DNA of 64,000 nt from Raillietiella orientalis (lineage: Eukaryota). Position numbers and translations under genes: made by a program. Under the pieces are notes generated by a model. The model was not told the DNA's origin and searched no databases. It was given only the letters and a program-made list of their open reading frames with translations. This document shows, one piece after another, positions 1 to 13,360 of the stretch; position 1 is the stretch's first letter, and the number at the start of each line of letters is the position of its first letter. The DNA lies in the NCBI GenBank assembly GCA_036172245.1, contig JAYWIR010000036.1:310001-374000 (forward strand), given 5' to 3'.

Positions 1-1649
1 GTTGTCATCCGGGCGCCGCCGCCGCCTCGTCCATCCCTGTCCAAAGCCCGCGGTTCCGCAGAGGTCGAAGATCAGTTCGCGGCCATGGAGCGCAGGAGAT
101 CGGGGGAGCGACCGAAAGGCGGGGGCGCTCCCCTCAAGGACAGGGTCGCGGCGGCAGAGGGCACGAAGGGTCGAGGCGACCTCGAAGCGTCCCGCCGCCT
201 CTTTCCTGCCTGGCGGACGATTCCCGGGGCTGAGCGCACCTTTTCGCCCCCTTCCAGCGCTGGAGAGAAGGCGGACGACCCTGCGTGCTCCCCCGTGCTC
301 CGGTCTCCCCCTCTTGCGAGGGGGCGCGCGCGCTCTGAGGATGAAAGGTGCGTCCATCCCCGTAACCGTGGTTATGTTCCCTGGCCTCCGGTTCCTTCCG
401 GGAACGCTCCTTGAAACCTGGACTGGTTCTGCTGGACGTCCGATGTGGGAGGAGTGCCCTTGGCGACCCTTGGCGAGCTGCTCTCGTCTGGGCGGACGCG
501 GCGGAGGATCTCTCGGGGACGCTTCCCCCGGGAGAACTTCCTCGCGGCCTTGTGGTGCTCTGCACGAGATGGCGCTGCAACCCTTCGTGCAGCGCCATCT
601 CTTGCAGAGTACCCGAGCCTCGCGTCCTGTCTTTTTCCGGCGTCAGCTCCCTCAGAGCAAACTTTCAAGATTTCTATTTCGGTACCGTGCCATCCATCAG
701 TGACTACGGATAGCTGGTGCTTGCAAGGAGGCTGGCAGGGAGTATCCATTCTTTCGCATTCCACGAGGGACCGCGTTATCCACGGTGGAAGGGCACGAGT
801 TCCGGCCGCTCCGTAAACCCTTCATTTCGGTTCCTCCCTTTTTCCGTTCTGCCGCGCTCTACCGGACAACGACCGGTCCTCCACGTGCGCGGGAGGGGGA
901 AACGCGTCCAGGATGGAGGAGGGGGGGGGCGGCAGGTATGACGACGAACTGATGGCTTTCCGGGATGACGTTTCGCTGCCGAGGACCCAAGCACAGCACG
1001 CAGGCAGCCGCCGCTGCCTACTGCAAGCGCCGCCACGTCCATTATGACGTCACACGGAGTGCCTCGCTTCGATTGGACTCGACGCGGCCCCGCGCGCCGG
1101 ACGAGCGCCAGGCGACCGCCATCGTGCGCGTCTCGCGTTCCTCCTCCGTTCTTCCCGATAGGGGCGCTGCCCTACCGTGCGATCCACGGTTCCTGCGCCC
1201 GCCACTCGCTTCGGAGTCGGATCGATTTCCTCCCCCTCCCCTCCCCTTTCCTCCCCTTTCCTTTGCACTGACGAGTTTTACAACTGTAAGACGGTGGTTT
1301 CCGTGCGCGACGACGAATAGGTGTGCCATCCAGGGAATGGCAATCCACTTTCGTGCTGAACATCAGGGTCAGCCTGACCTTTCCCCGAACCAGGAGTTCC
1401 ACGTGTGTCTCGAGAGGAGGTTTCAAAAAAGTCATTCAGTTTGGCGCGCATGCATACATCAGATGACTTTTTCTTTTTTCTCTGCAAAGAGGAAAGGTCA
1501 CAGATGCGAGATACGGGTACTGCCTTCTTGTCATGACTGCTTGTGATGACTTCTTGTCCCTGCACAGTTCCAGGTTGCCACTCAGCGTCGCTCTCATGCT
1601 GACGTTTGCGTGACATTTGCTGATCCGGAGGCAGCCAGCGAACGTTGCC

Positions 1650-2560
1650 GGTCTGACCCCAGTGGGTGTTAATGACAGCGAGACTTACGTCTCCGGGTGG
1701 TGTTTCCTCTTTAACCGAACCTCGGATCACCCGGTTGAAAACGGACAGTTGATTTCAGCATCGGGGCCACGCTGCCTTTCTTCAAGCCTCTCCTTCGACG
1801 TCGAGGCGATGTTACCCTCGCGGACTGCTTGTTTCCACGGCCACTTCCCGTTTTCACCGTGGTGGTGCATGAAAGCTAGAAGCCGGATCTCAGGGAGAGA
1901 AAACGCTATCCTTGTTCCCTGGAGTCGGATTCTGGACTCGTGAAGGTGAAGCGTGGTTTCGTCCATGCAGTGTCTGCCCACTCGAAGCTTCTGCAGAAAG
2001 CGAGCACGACGGTTCTTCAAGATAAGAACTGGCAGTTTATTTAAAGGGCCAAGTCTGTTCGTTGGATTCGTAAAGAGCAGTTCGAAGGCTCTTTTCGAGC
2101 AGGTTGCTGTCTTTCGGTTGGGGAGGTGAATGCACACGAAAGTCAATTGCTACGCGTGTGGCTACAGAACTAGGAGTCAAAAGTACGAAGCCCAGAGTAG
2201 AGCCGAGGGGAGCATCTGAGGTGTAAAGGAAAGAGTTGATGACGAAGAGCGCAGCTGTTTGAGACGCATCACAACAAGCAGTCCACGGGGGTTCAAGGCA
2301 GGCTCGAAAAGGTCTCTCCCCTGCGCACGTTATCTTCGAGATTTACCCTTTGACCCTGAGATGAAATTCGTGACCAGGATCGAGAAATAAAAGAAAAATC
2401 TCCTGTCTAGCACGCGCACGAATGCCCCAGTCTTTCTGAACTCTTCATTTTTCCCCTGCTGTTCGGCGTCTGGATGAAAGATCTCAAACACAGAAATCCT
2501 CATTCGTTTTCTACCGACAAAATAATAACCACGCAAGTGGAACGATAGGACTTTCCGGTA
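1650..2560 (-). mobile_element. Decayed Jockey/I-like RT fragment
   Basis: Ordered remnants KTGAFVRV (KAFDRV), LVTNFISG, LFVIN, NRLGPL..LILKNR and IRLQ. Confidence 0.35.
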
Positions 2561-2726
2561 CGCCTGTCCCCATCAGGATAAATGTGAAGAAGGACACTTT
2601 TCTAAAATCGTCCAAAGAACGAGAACACCCGCCCATTCTAGATGCACGTTGGTTTCAGGAAAACTCTGACGGTAGGATGTATCTGCAAGGATTAAAAGAG
2701 TTTCTTACTAATCCGTTGAAAAAAAA

Positions 2727-2730
2727 CACG

Positions 2731-2760
<30 letters not shown>
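2727..2760. repeat. (CA)n microsatellite
   Basis: Directly visible. Confidence 0.9.
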
Positions 2761-2761
<1 letters not shown>

Positions 2762-4457
2762 GGTTATTCGCCCGCAGTCCACTAGTCCCTGTGTTTCCCT
2801 CACACTACACCTAGAAGATTACCTGCTTCTCTCCTGCCACACTCCATAATGAGACAGCTGCTATGTAGAATGATTCCTTGGGAAACTGCTCGGACCTAAA
2901 TCATTTTTCTTGGGTGAATCACTGATGGCATGCCGGATTTCAGCTAGATCCCAAATATTGGTTCTCTGAGCCAGGGGTCCCCCTTCTAAGCAGTAATCAA
3001 AATTTGCAACTTCAAGATGCGGTGTTCACATTTTCGGACAAGCAAGATAAAATCGAGTCGGACGTATTTGTATTCCGAGGACAGCTTTTGCGAAAAGTTA
3101 GATTAAGTCCTGTTCCAACGCTTGCGATTTCTTGACAGGAAATGGATTGCGGTTATTGTGTGAAACTAACGCTGTTGAATGCATGAATTGTCTTTATGTG
3201 GTCTTCAGGGAGCTTACCCCGTAGTAACTAATAATAAAAAATCCATTTGATGGCGCTATCGTTTTCGCAGAACATCAGGGAAAATCAATGGTTTGACTCG
3301 TGATGCCTCTAATCAATATGATCTGTTATCGGTTTCCAGGAACCGTCCGTTCGTGCACGCCTGGATGCAAATAAAATGGGAACACCTCCGGGTACCCGGG
3401 TTATTAGAGATTTTTTTTTCATTCCCCCGTACACCACCACAAGGGGAAGAAATTCTCTGTCTCGCTATGGTATGGGAGGGAACTATTCGCAGCAAATTAT
3501 GAAGATTGAGAATCAACATCAACTCTGGGTTCAACACCCAGAGTTGATGTCTCTCTGCTTCCCAGCCTCGCCTCATTCGCTGGAGATTCTCTCGATATGT
3601 TGGAACAGGCTCAGTAGTGCCAAATCAGAAAGTTTGCTTACACCAAACTTATACGTAAGTACCCAAGTTCGGGCACCATATTCAATGCAGGATCAAAAGT
3701 GGTTACGTAACGTTACATTTAATTTCGTTCATGCCTGACATTGATTGTTCTGTAAGTTTCGGAGGTATGAATTAAATACGAGTTATTTGTAAGCAAAACT
3801 TTCTAATCTTTGCGTTGCTTGCGATTGTTATCCTTATCTTCAACTTTCTGCAAAATTCAGGATGGCTTTGCTAATCAAAAACGATTGAAAACAGGGTTTC
3901 GGATAAGCCACTGAACCATGGGAAATGCGTTCCATATTCCTTGAGCACGTTTAGCCGATGTGCAATCTGCTTTGTAGAAACGTGAGGTTTCTGCCACGGC
4001 AAGACGCGCGGTTTTTCTCGATGGTTCGTATCCGCCGGAGCATGGCAACCGAGACCATGACGAACTCGTAATTGGCAAGTGGTTGAGGAACCGACATTTC
4101 CATCCCAGGAAAACATGGATATGATGCAGCACTGGGATGAGCTGCTCCCAGCAACGACAAGTACTGCACAAAAATGCCGCCAACGATGCTGGAACCACTC
4201 GCGCCCACGGTGCTTTCCATCTGGTGCGTTCCCTCGGTTCGGAAAAAACCCACCGCGTTCCTTGGCTTGGCATCAGAGTGTCCGTTTCCGGTCACTGGTG
4301 CCAGTCGGCCTCAAGTGAAAATGCCTGACCGGCATGCAACCGTTCGGCCGCACCCGGAAGCAGTCTTTCGGTCACTCCCATTTCCTCCTAACCCCTTTGA
4401 AAAACAGAAGGGAATTTGCTGTTTCGGTGGTACTTTGTAACGAGTGACCGGTGGCCA

Positions 4458-4535
4458 GCTGCTGCTGCTGCTGCTGATGATGATGATGACGACGACGACG
4501 GGGGCGGCGGCGGCGGCGACGACGACGACGACGAC
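4458..4535. repeat. Compound trinucleotide microsatellite (GCT)n(GAT)n(GAC)n(GGC)n(GAC)n
   Basis: Directly visible, ~330 nt upstream of the MDM1 ATG. Confidence 0.9.
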
Positions 4536-4797
4536 CGCTCGCGTGCGTTTGATGGGCGCACTTTTTTTCCCCTTTTTTCCTTTCCTCTGCTTCCCCTTTC
4601 GTTGCTCGGCTTTTTGGTTCGCTTTAACGGAAACGCAGCTGCATTTTGCCGTGATCGTTGAGTTTCCTTTGTTCTCGAAGGCAAACTGCTTTTTCCTCCG
4701 TGCTCTGTGGCATTAGGAATTGTGACCGAACCTTCGAGTACGTTGCCGTCTTCTTACGGGCAAATTTCATCGGAGTTCTTTGGGTGTCGACGTACGG

Positions 4798-4810
4798 GTT
4801 GCCTGGAAAC
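4798..4810 (+). promoter_or_regulatory. RFX X-box (GTTGCC-T-GGAAAC) ~58 nt upstream of the MDM1 ATG
   Basis: Exact sequence gttgcctggaaac matches the X-box pattern of ciliary genes and lies next to a centriolar gene. Confidence 0.6.
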
Positions 4811-4867
4811 TTGCATTCGATCAAGGACCACTCGGGTTCGAGAGGATCTTTGATTCGGTCTGCACTG

Positions 4868-5142
4868 ATGATAAGTTCTTTCTCCGGTTTCTGTCATATT
4901 TGTCCGGTGCCCATGTTGACCTTAAAGGCAGATGATAACAAGGTGAGAGAAACTTACAGCCGAATTCCCCTCCCTCCCTTTTTTTTTTTTTTTAATGTGT
5001 GTGTGTGCGTGTGCCTTTGTATGTAAAGATAAGACAAAAAAAAAAAAAAAAGTCGTAATGAATTTTTGAGACCTCAAACATTCGGGCGAGCAACTGATTG
5101 CCAAAAATTAAATATTGTTTCTTGAAAAACATGCACATAATC

Positions 5143-5178
<36 letters not shown>

Positions 5179-7164
5179 ATTCAAATGGCTGCACAATGAA
5201 TTCCGAGCCGTTTGACAAAAAAAGCCTCAACGTTTTGGCTTGTGAACAGTTGATCAGTGGATTTAGAATTGTTTGATGACTGGGCTGTAATTGCAGATTC
5301 GTAGTGATGCGGCAAAAAATAATCAGTGGCAGGAAGTTTCTGTGCATCATGACATTATTCGAAAACCACCGGAATCCATCGGTTTGTTGTCAATAGCAGC
5401 AGCAGCAGCAGCATTACTTTGTTTTTTTTTAATACGAATTGCTGTATGTGTAGAAACTTTTGCTTCGTTTTGTTTAGCTTATAGAATTCTTTATATTTGT
5501 TGATTTTCTCATGAAGGTTTGCTTTATTTGCTTTTTGTCATGTTCTGTGTCATTGTTTCACGCAAACATCGGACCATTTGAGTTCCCAATTGTTTGTTTA
5601 GGTTTCTCTGAAAACCTGGGATTCTCCAGAAGAAGAAAGCATCCTGAGATGGCATATAAAAATCATGATATTGTTCATGCGATGAATGAAGAGACACTTC
5701 CTTCCAATACTTGTGGTAGAGGAAGAGTATGTCGTTACCTAAGAAGGATGTTTATTTTATCATGATGTATAGGTGCATTCAAGAAACCGTGATTCTCACT
5801 TGGATTTTTTCCCCCGTAGCAAATCTGAAGGACCTCCTAATTGCAGATTAGGCAAAAAACTCATTGCTGTTGAGGTAATTTCTTTCAAGGATTGCTTTAG
5901 AAGTGTTGTAAAGCAATTGCAGCTATCAGAGTCTGTTGATGGGGGTTCTGCTGAGAAATGGGAATCCTTGATTAAGAAGAATCATTCCAAAGATGCAGTG
6001 CAGCTGGAATCTCCTGATGGTTCAGAGGAACACAACAAATCAAGTGGTGACAAGGGAAGCAGGTGCAGTTATCCAAATGGTAGAAGTGCATATCTCTCTT
6101 TAAGCATTCCTGTCAACTCTGAATACAAGAAGCAGTTTCTGCCTTTCTCCAGTTACCATTTCATCCCAGAAACATCTAGCTGGCATCTAGCCCATGCCAA
6201 TGCATCTGCGGATTCCAACTGGATCCAGGAAGTCAAGGAGCTTCGCAAAAAAGCTGGAGAGTACAGAGTGTGTACACAGTAATTTCTTGCCAGCCAGAGG
6301 GTAAATCCTTGCATGTGTTCAGTGCCGAGGTTGGGGAGGAAACTTGACTCCTGAACATATTATCAAGCTGTACAGTGAGCATGCTGTGCACAGATCCAAT
6401 CTGGCAGCATTAGCTTTGGATGCTACTCCTCTGTGAGCATATCTGTTAGAATGGGATCATTGTTTTGTAGAAGACCCACTGTTAGAGATTTAAAGAGAAA
6501 TCATGCCCCAGTGAATCGAGCCCAGTCAGCCATAGGTAATGGAAGAATGGTCACTTCACCTGTCCGAAAACTTCACCCTCATCCACGTGTAGCTTCAGCC
6601 AGTCGGCCACGTCCGTGTAAGTTTGGTAAAAAGCACATTCTGTGAGCACACTCTCTCTTTCCCAGCACACTTAGTGACCTCTTCTCCTAATGTTCCTGTG
6701 TCACAGCCCATCCCTATTCGTCCTAGCAAGAAGGTCCCTGTCCAGGAGTCATTTGACTCCAGCCAGGAGATTGCCATCCCCAATAGCCAGTTTGACATTG
6801 TGCTCAAGTCTCCGCCAGAACCTACTCGAGTAAAGTCTCCAGAAGAACTCGCTGTTGGTTCCCCAGAGCCTGTCAGGTGGACAGTACCGCTGGAAACAGT
6901 TCGAGAACTGACTGTGCAACAGAGTGTGGCCGAGTGTAGTAAGTTAACTCTTAGCTTCCTCTGGGAAATGCATTTGTGGTGGTTTCAATAGGCGCATCAG
7001 ATTCTTTCCCTCTCATAAAGCCTCCAGCATCACTCAAGGGTCAGTTGATACCTGAAAGAGATTTAGATTCCTTGCAGGCTGCACATGAGGACAGGCTGGC
7101 ACTTGAAGAGAAAAAAGCGTACTGCTTACCTTCCTATCGTGTTCTAGAAGCTCCACTAGATTAG
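4868..7164 (+). CDS. MDM1: Nuclear/centriolar microtubule-binding protein MDM1 (arthropod type), ~463 aa, 10 exons
   Basis: Exons 4868-4942, 5297-5381, 5602-5726, 5773-5874, 5923-6062, 6105-6267, 6323-6432, 6471-6616, 6666-6938, 6992-7164. All introns are GT-AG and the joined frame is open (1392 nt). Motifs RRRKHPEMAYKNHD, RSKSEGP, SEYKKQF, WIQEVKELRKKAGEYR|CRGWG, KSPPEPTRVKSPE..SPEPVRWTVPL and YRVLE match remembered arthropod MDM1. The two in-frame introns (5875-5922, 6063-6104) are inferred. Confidence 0.88.
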
Positions 7165-8879
7165 CGTTGGATTCTATAATTTCAGTTTCAATAAAGGTTA
7201 TATGAAGCATTTGTATTCTTCGTACTTTGCCCACGTCGGGTACGCTGGTTTTCAGCAAGTGGTAATTTTAGCCTCTAGTCGAAACTTTATAAGCAGAGTG
7301 ATTGCACTCTGCGTATACACAGTTTTCAAATTTTCGAATTGGTTGATTCATTTGTTTTATCTTAACCCTTTTTTTTCTTTTTACATCTTGCGTTCGGATC
7401 GCTGGGGATTGAATTCGAGGTTTCAAGGGCACCGCCCTTCGCTTCTTACGGTTGGGGACCAGCACTGGGTTCTCATATGCGTGCCATCCCTCGTGCTAAG
7501 CTTCGAAACTTCATGCCGAATGCGTCCATCCTTTTGACTGTGATTCTCCCAGCCACACCTAAAAGAGTCTTCGTCGATTTATTATGTTCTGCATCTTCCT
7601 CTGGCATTCTTTCACGTCGGTGCTTGCTGTTCGTTACGGAGAAGAAACGACTTTGAGATCGTTTCAGGAAAATCCGTTGGGCTGAAAAAAAACTTCCTTC
7701 TTCCGCTCGTTTTGTTGGCTTCACTTGAAAAGTTGACCCGGGCAGGCCACCTCTTTCTTTCTTTCTTTTACCAGCTCAGTCAACGAACGTCTCGCGGGGG
7801 CCAGTCTCCTTTCCGACCCCAAGATGACCGTTCCGTTGGGGCGCATTTTCTTCCTTGCCGCGGAACCAAATCGGACCAGGGGTGCGTCCGCGGAGGCAAG
7901 AACGCACCACCCGCGGCTGAAAGCTCGAGCTTTTCAATAACTACCATTACATGAAGGTGATGAAGGCGTTCGCGTCGCGCGCACCCCCAAGCTCCTTGAG
8001 TTCCTGCCAGTCATTGTGCAACTCGTGGAGCAAAAAGAGTGGACTTGAACTGTTAAAGGGACTTGTGCCATCAGGGAAATCAAAGTCGAAGATGGGCTAC
8101 CTTGTACGGTTTGCTTCTATTTGAAAGCACCCCCGCCTTCGCCGGGAGTGCTCTCCAGTAAGGGAGACTCTCCAGACTTGCAAACTGCCCCGCTCTCAAC
8201 TGAGAATGAAGAGGGCGCGTTTAACACACCACGGTTGCTCTTATACGCTCACCAACTCACAGAATCTTAGGCATATAGGAATCAGAACGATGCATGAGAT
8301 TACAATTATAGGGAGTTAACACAGTTTTGGGTGCAATAGATCGATGTACCTTTTCACAGAATGGAGGTCACAGAAGGATCGATTTCAAGAGGGCTGGAAC
8401 ACAGCCGCTCAAAGCGCAGCTGACAGGTCGATGTCTTTGATATGGTGAAGACAATGGCATCATCGGAAGCTCTCGGAGAGGAGCAGAGTTGTTTCGTTGT
8501 CACCGACGCTATGACTGCAGAGGTGACAAGCAGACCTGCTAAGCCAGAAGGGACGGTTGAGAGATAGTGAATGAAGAAGGAGGGAGAAGTGAAAAGAGAG
8601 AATTAAGAAGGAATGCAGTTCAACGCAGTTCTGTTTGGCCTCTGCCAGTTGAGTTGCTTCTCATCACAATGCGCTTCTTGAGTCTCGTTTGCCTTTCTCT
8701 TTCATTTCAAAGTTCGCGCCGTTTTCAGATCGATTTCCAGAATCAGCTGATCTGTCGCCTGCAATTCAGGAGGGTTTCCAGCTACCCCTGCTTTTCATTG
8801 CTTTCTCCGCATTTCTTTCGCTGGTTGCTTTTCCCTCTTTCAAATCGCACAACCCTTCGCCACGTGACTTAGGCTCTTG

Positions 8880-10650
8880 AATTCACTCATTCCTAAGTTT
8901 CACCGGTAGCGGATGACGTAGCTCACACTCTGGCCAGGTGGGTTGTCTAGGAACGGTTTCCAAGGAAGACGTGCACCTTCAGCTTTTCCGGGAGCTTCCG
9001 AAACGCACTGGAGGTGTTTGTGTGCGGCATCGGTTTCCTCGAACAACCACCTCGGGACGGCAATCACCCTCGACTCGACGGTGATTCCTCTTGGAAGGAG
9101 ATGACCGTTTACATCTGGACACTTCCACCTGCATGCGGATCCCTGAAGATGGCCACTAGTGAGATAGGCAGGTCGTCTCTGGCTACGCACAGCAACGCTG
9201 CAGGACACTTCACCAGTGCTTTTCCTACCTGAATTCTGTTGGTCCGACTGCGCGTGCAGGCAATGCACTCGAGGTCTTTGGGTATTCCGGAATTTCTGGA
9301 AAAGCAGCCGAGTGGGCAGTCTGTACGTTCCGCATCAGCTGCAGAGGTCTTTCAAGCATGAGAGAAAGGGCGGTTCCACGGCACTCTTGGATTTCGCCTC
9401 GCTGGTGGAGAGGGTTCCAGAGTGCCTGCACGCCACGTGCTGACCTTCATGGACGGCCTGTTGCAGTGAGCAGCTTCCAATAAATGCGATTTCTTTAAGC
9501 TGATGTTGGTAGTCTCAGCCCCACTGTTGGCACTCACTGGCTTACCTGTGAACCCACATTTGCACATAGCGGGAGACTGCATCCTTACAAAAAAAAAAAC
9601 CATCCTTTAGTGATGGTAAAAGAACCCTTGGTGAGGAAGAAAATAGCCTGCAGCCAGTGCACGACTCAACGCAAGGCGACAACGGACTTCCCTCATTGCA
9701 AAGCATCCGGACGAAGGGAGTCATGCACCTTCCGGCTTCGAGGCATTTTCTGCTCAACGATGAACACCTCAGGCTCGTGGATCACAAATTCGTTCATGCG
9801 GTGCTGCTCAGCCTCCTTCCTACCTGCACGTGGGTGTTTATGCGACCGTAGCGACTAAGCCATGATCAACCAAACAGACGACGAACTGGTAACCCCGAAT
9901 GAGGGGATCACTGCAAAACGTGGAGACGACCAATCGACCTATTCCGGGATCGGATGTAAAGCTGTGCTCGGAGAGAAAAAAGCGTTTTTGCTGAACGCAG
10001 TTTCTGTCCTGAGCATCTGCAACGCCTCTAGAAGAGAAGGCGCAGAAGGAAGAGGGAAGAAGACCAGCTCTCCGCCTTGCCCCCAAAGCGTTCCTGCGTA
10101 ATCGTAAGAACGTTCCCGGGGACCCTCAGGGTCAGGAGGACGGCGAGGTGTTGAGATGATTGGGGATTCCGAGGAACTAGGCGGACAGGAAACGGTCCTG
10201 GGATGCGTATTGGAGGCGTTGGGCGGATCAGAGCCGCACCTAAGGAGAACGCCGTTTGGAGTCGGAGCCCGCGTCGGAGGCCACGCGCGCGTCGCCTTGC
10301 GTGCCTGGGTCTTCTCTGACTCTTAGCAGCTCCTTTCTCAGATCGCACAGAGAGAAAATCCTTCTCGGGAGGTTCCTGGGCATCTGGTGGAGGACCAGAG
10401 CAGGTCAGAAGAGGGAGCGGCAGATCGGTGATGCGGACGAGAGCCATCGAATCTCGAGGATCGGAGTGGTCGGTCGGATGAGAATTGCCGTGGGCCCCAA
10501 CGAACCCATCTAAGAGAGGCGGGAATTCGGAAGGTGCGCCGGACTTTCCTTCGCGTCGGGTCGGTCTGGAATGCGCAAACACGGTCACTCCAGCTTCCCA
10601 TGCGGAACGTACCCAGCTCGAGTGGCAGCAGAGGTGCTCGTGCAAGAGCC
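8880..10650 (-). mobile_element. Decayed L1/Tx1-like ORF2 reverse transcriptase
   Basis: Ordered remnants: LLPSSFCAFSSRGVADA (Q.CAVPGRSI.D), LVDHG, HVQVGRRLS, TPFVRML, NSGAETTNISLKKS (ASGA.IN..KS), IQECRGTALSL (W....LSL.GR) and CPDV. Confidence 0.5.
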
Positions 10651-11169
10651 CCCCCTTCCCCCCAAAAAATCCTCGCCAACTCCATTTGACCTTCGTGGCA
10701 GAGTTGTGCCTGGAGAGCCAGCAATCAGACGAACGAAATGCTTCCCGAACGGCTCAAGGCGCCCTGCCGATTGACTCCGAAAATGAAACACAGAGAGAGA
10801 CGACGGTCGGCAAACACGGGTGGGTGCACAGCTGCGCGGAGGGCCCACACCGGTTCTTTGTGTCCCGAAGGACTGCAAGAACAAATGGATTTTTGGTTCG
10901 GAACGACTTCATGTGTTCTCGGGGTCCTCTCGCGCACGTTTCCGGCAGTCACACGCACGGGTACGTATCTAGGTCTTGGAGAGAAACTACAGCATCTCAC
11001 TAGCGTTTTCCAAGTGAGCAATAATCTGCACGACACCTGAAACTAGCACAGCAATTTCAATCCCGAATTACAAAGAGAAATTAAGCACGCATCCACCTGT
11101 GAACCCACAAACACGTCGAGTATTGTACAAACGTGTCATATTCTGCAGTTTGGCAACGATCAATGCAAG

Positions 11170-11535
11170 TACAGTGGTACCTCGGTACTCGACGGTATCG
11201 GAGCTCGTTAGAGTCAGTACTCGTAGCATTTTGACGAGAAAAAAAAAAAAAATCTGTTTCGGCTCTCGGCGCATGCTCGGAACTCGACACCGGCCCACCC
11301 TCATGATGAAGCAAGCGAACGATTTCGTCTCGTGGCAGCTCTCGAACACTACCCAACACTTTCACAGAGTGCCTCCCGAATCGTTCCCCCCCCCCCCTTT
11401 TTTTTTAAAAAATTCTTTCTGCATTTTAAGCGCTTTCATTATTCGTTATGTGAAAAAATTCGTTTGGTACTCGTCGGTTTCGGTACTCGTCAAGAGCTAC
11501 GGAACGAATCCCCGACGAGTACCGAGGTAACAAAA
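11170..11535. mobile_element. pogo/Tigger-type (Tc1/mariner) MITE
   Basis: TA|CAGTGGTACCTCGGTACTCG at 11170-11191 and inverted CGAGTACCGAGGTA at 11516-11529 (outer end decayed). Internal repeats of ggtactcg; no ORF. Confidence 0.7.
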
Positions 11536-12149
11536 AAATAACTTTCCAATTGATCGAATCGGAATTCTAATATTTCACGAGAGGTCTTTGAACGATGTGT
11601 CAGCAGCGTGCGTTGGCGAAAGGGTCATTTGCGAGTTTGTGCACAGCACTTCCTGAAGTTGGCCGGCAGAAACTCTGCGTGCCGTTTCTCTCTCGTTGCC
11701 CTGCTAATGGATGCCGCGCATGCACTTGGCCACGTCGTGTGGAACGAGTCACGATGACCACACGTGGATGAGATTTTTGCAGAGTTTCTTCATATGTGTG
11801 TGTGTGTGTGGGGGGGGCTGCATCGGTAAGAAGGTCCTGGTCGGAAATACAGGGTGATTCTCTCGAACGCTCCTGCCAGCGCCAGATGAAGGAACTGACA
11901 CAGAAGCTGCCGTGAGAGCACTGTATCCAAAGAGAAGCGGCCCCTTTGTGCTGCATCTCAAATCAGAGGATTCTTCGTATTGTCATGGAGAGAAACTGCA
12001 GGAAGCCGTTGCTTCAAGGCTTGTCGTATGACCCATCCCAGAAGCTGAGAGCGAAATCAAGAGGACCTGATTTCTTCTACAGGTAACCTTCTCATGTCCG
12101 TCTTTGCGAATGCCCTCCTGACAAAGTACACCGCAATGCCGTCGGAAAC

Positions 12150-12700
12150 GGGAAAGGAAGAAGCAGTACCAAGACCTCAGAGCGTGTGGAAAGACTTAGT
12201 AGCAGTCAAGCTCTCTATGACCAGAAGAATGACGATCCATTTGCAAGAACTGAAGGTTCCCAAAATGCACTCTGCTGGAATGAAACGATCCTCCGACGAA
12301 TTCTTTACCGTTCCGTGGCCGAAGAGACAAGCAGGGTCTAAGGATTTTTTCCCATGCTTCCATCTCCACTGGATCAGAACTCAATCAGGCACTGATATGA
12401 ATGTTTGACATAGAGCTGTCGGCGTTTGCTCTTTGTTGGCTGTCTTGCTCTTCAGCTCACCCCAACTGGTATAGAGGTTATAAGCAAACTCGAGGTATAG
12501 CGCCTTGAAGAGAAATAGGGTGATCGCACTCTCTGAGCTTCTTGCTCCAAGACTGCGTTCTCGAGAACGGTAGGGTCGCCAGCTATCATCGCAAGAGCAC
12601 GAATGCATAGACCATACCATGTCGACGTTTGGATCCCCAAGAATTTCGAATTCCAGTCGAATGATATTCTTTCCTCTTCTGCCATAAGAGAAGGGAATAT
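12150..12700 (-). mobile_element. Decayed RTE-like RT fragment
   Basis: GARSSESAITLFLFKALYLE..LYTSW resembles GVRQGD..SP.LF...LE....W. Weak. Confidence 0.28.
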
Positions 12701-12799
12701 AAATACTGAAGCATCATCATTAAAGTACTAAGAGACTACGAAGGTTTCTTTTTTAATCTGATCTTGCTGGAGAACTCAGTAATTGAAAGAGAAATTGGT

Positions 12800-13360
12800 T
12801 TATGTTTCTGGAATCCGTGATGCTGCGCTGCACGGTCCATTCATTCTCTTCACCGTGCATCTTTGAATTTGGATTCACCGAGTCGATCTGATGAGCTTAA
12901 GCCCATGACCCCGACATTCAGTCCCCGACATCGTCACATTTTGCCCCTGATTAGATGCAGAGAATAAGATTGTGGCAACCAAGCTGGTTTTGACAGTTTA
13001 ACAGTCTGATTCGTGACATTCCATCTCCATTTCCATTCCATCTCAGCGATGGAATGTCACGAATGTGGAACAGCGTCTGCATGATAAGCCAACATCTGAT
13101 GGGGATGTCCGATATCGGATTATTATCCTTCAGACAACGGCAGATGATCTATACTTTACTACATTCCACACGTAGAGGAAATGGCTGCTCCAACAGCAGA
13201 TCCGCAACCATTCTTTGCATTGGACCGATTCGTCGGTCATTCGAGGCCACACCGATACCACCCTCGCTTTTTACCACCACCACGTTACATATGCTGAGAC
13301 AATCTACCTGCCACTGTTCGCAACCCAGACGTTTCTACTTCTGGGCTTCATCCATGGAAA
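12800..13360 (-). mobile_element. Decayed ISXO2/Merlin (IS1595-like) transposase remnant
   Basis: Ordered remnants RLGC..WQVDC (IGG...VQIDE), GKKRG.YR.G (GKRKY.RG), SD..AY and VNPNSKMH (FVNP.TG.H) across frameshifts. Confidence 0.4.

Noticed and set aside
1..554. Coding exon or L1/Tx1 fragment at the window start
   Set aside because: Only faint similarity to ~58030-58075, too weak to call either.
1045..1076. CRE (TGACGTCA) plus inverted CCAAT box as a promoter
   Set aside because: Short motifs expected by chance, with no associated gene start identified.
8350..8545. Possible minus-strand terminal exon (GLLVTSAVIASV...)
   Set aside because: No linked upstream exons or recognisable homology.
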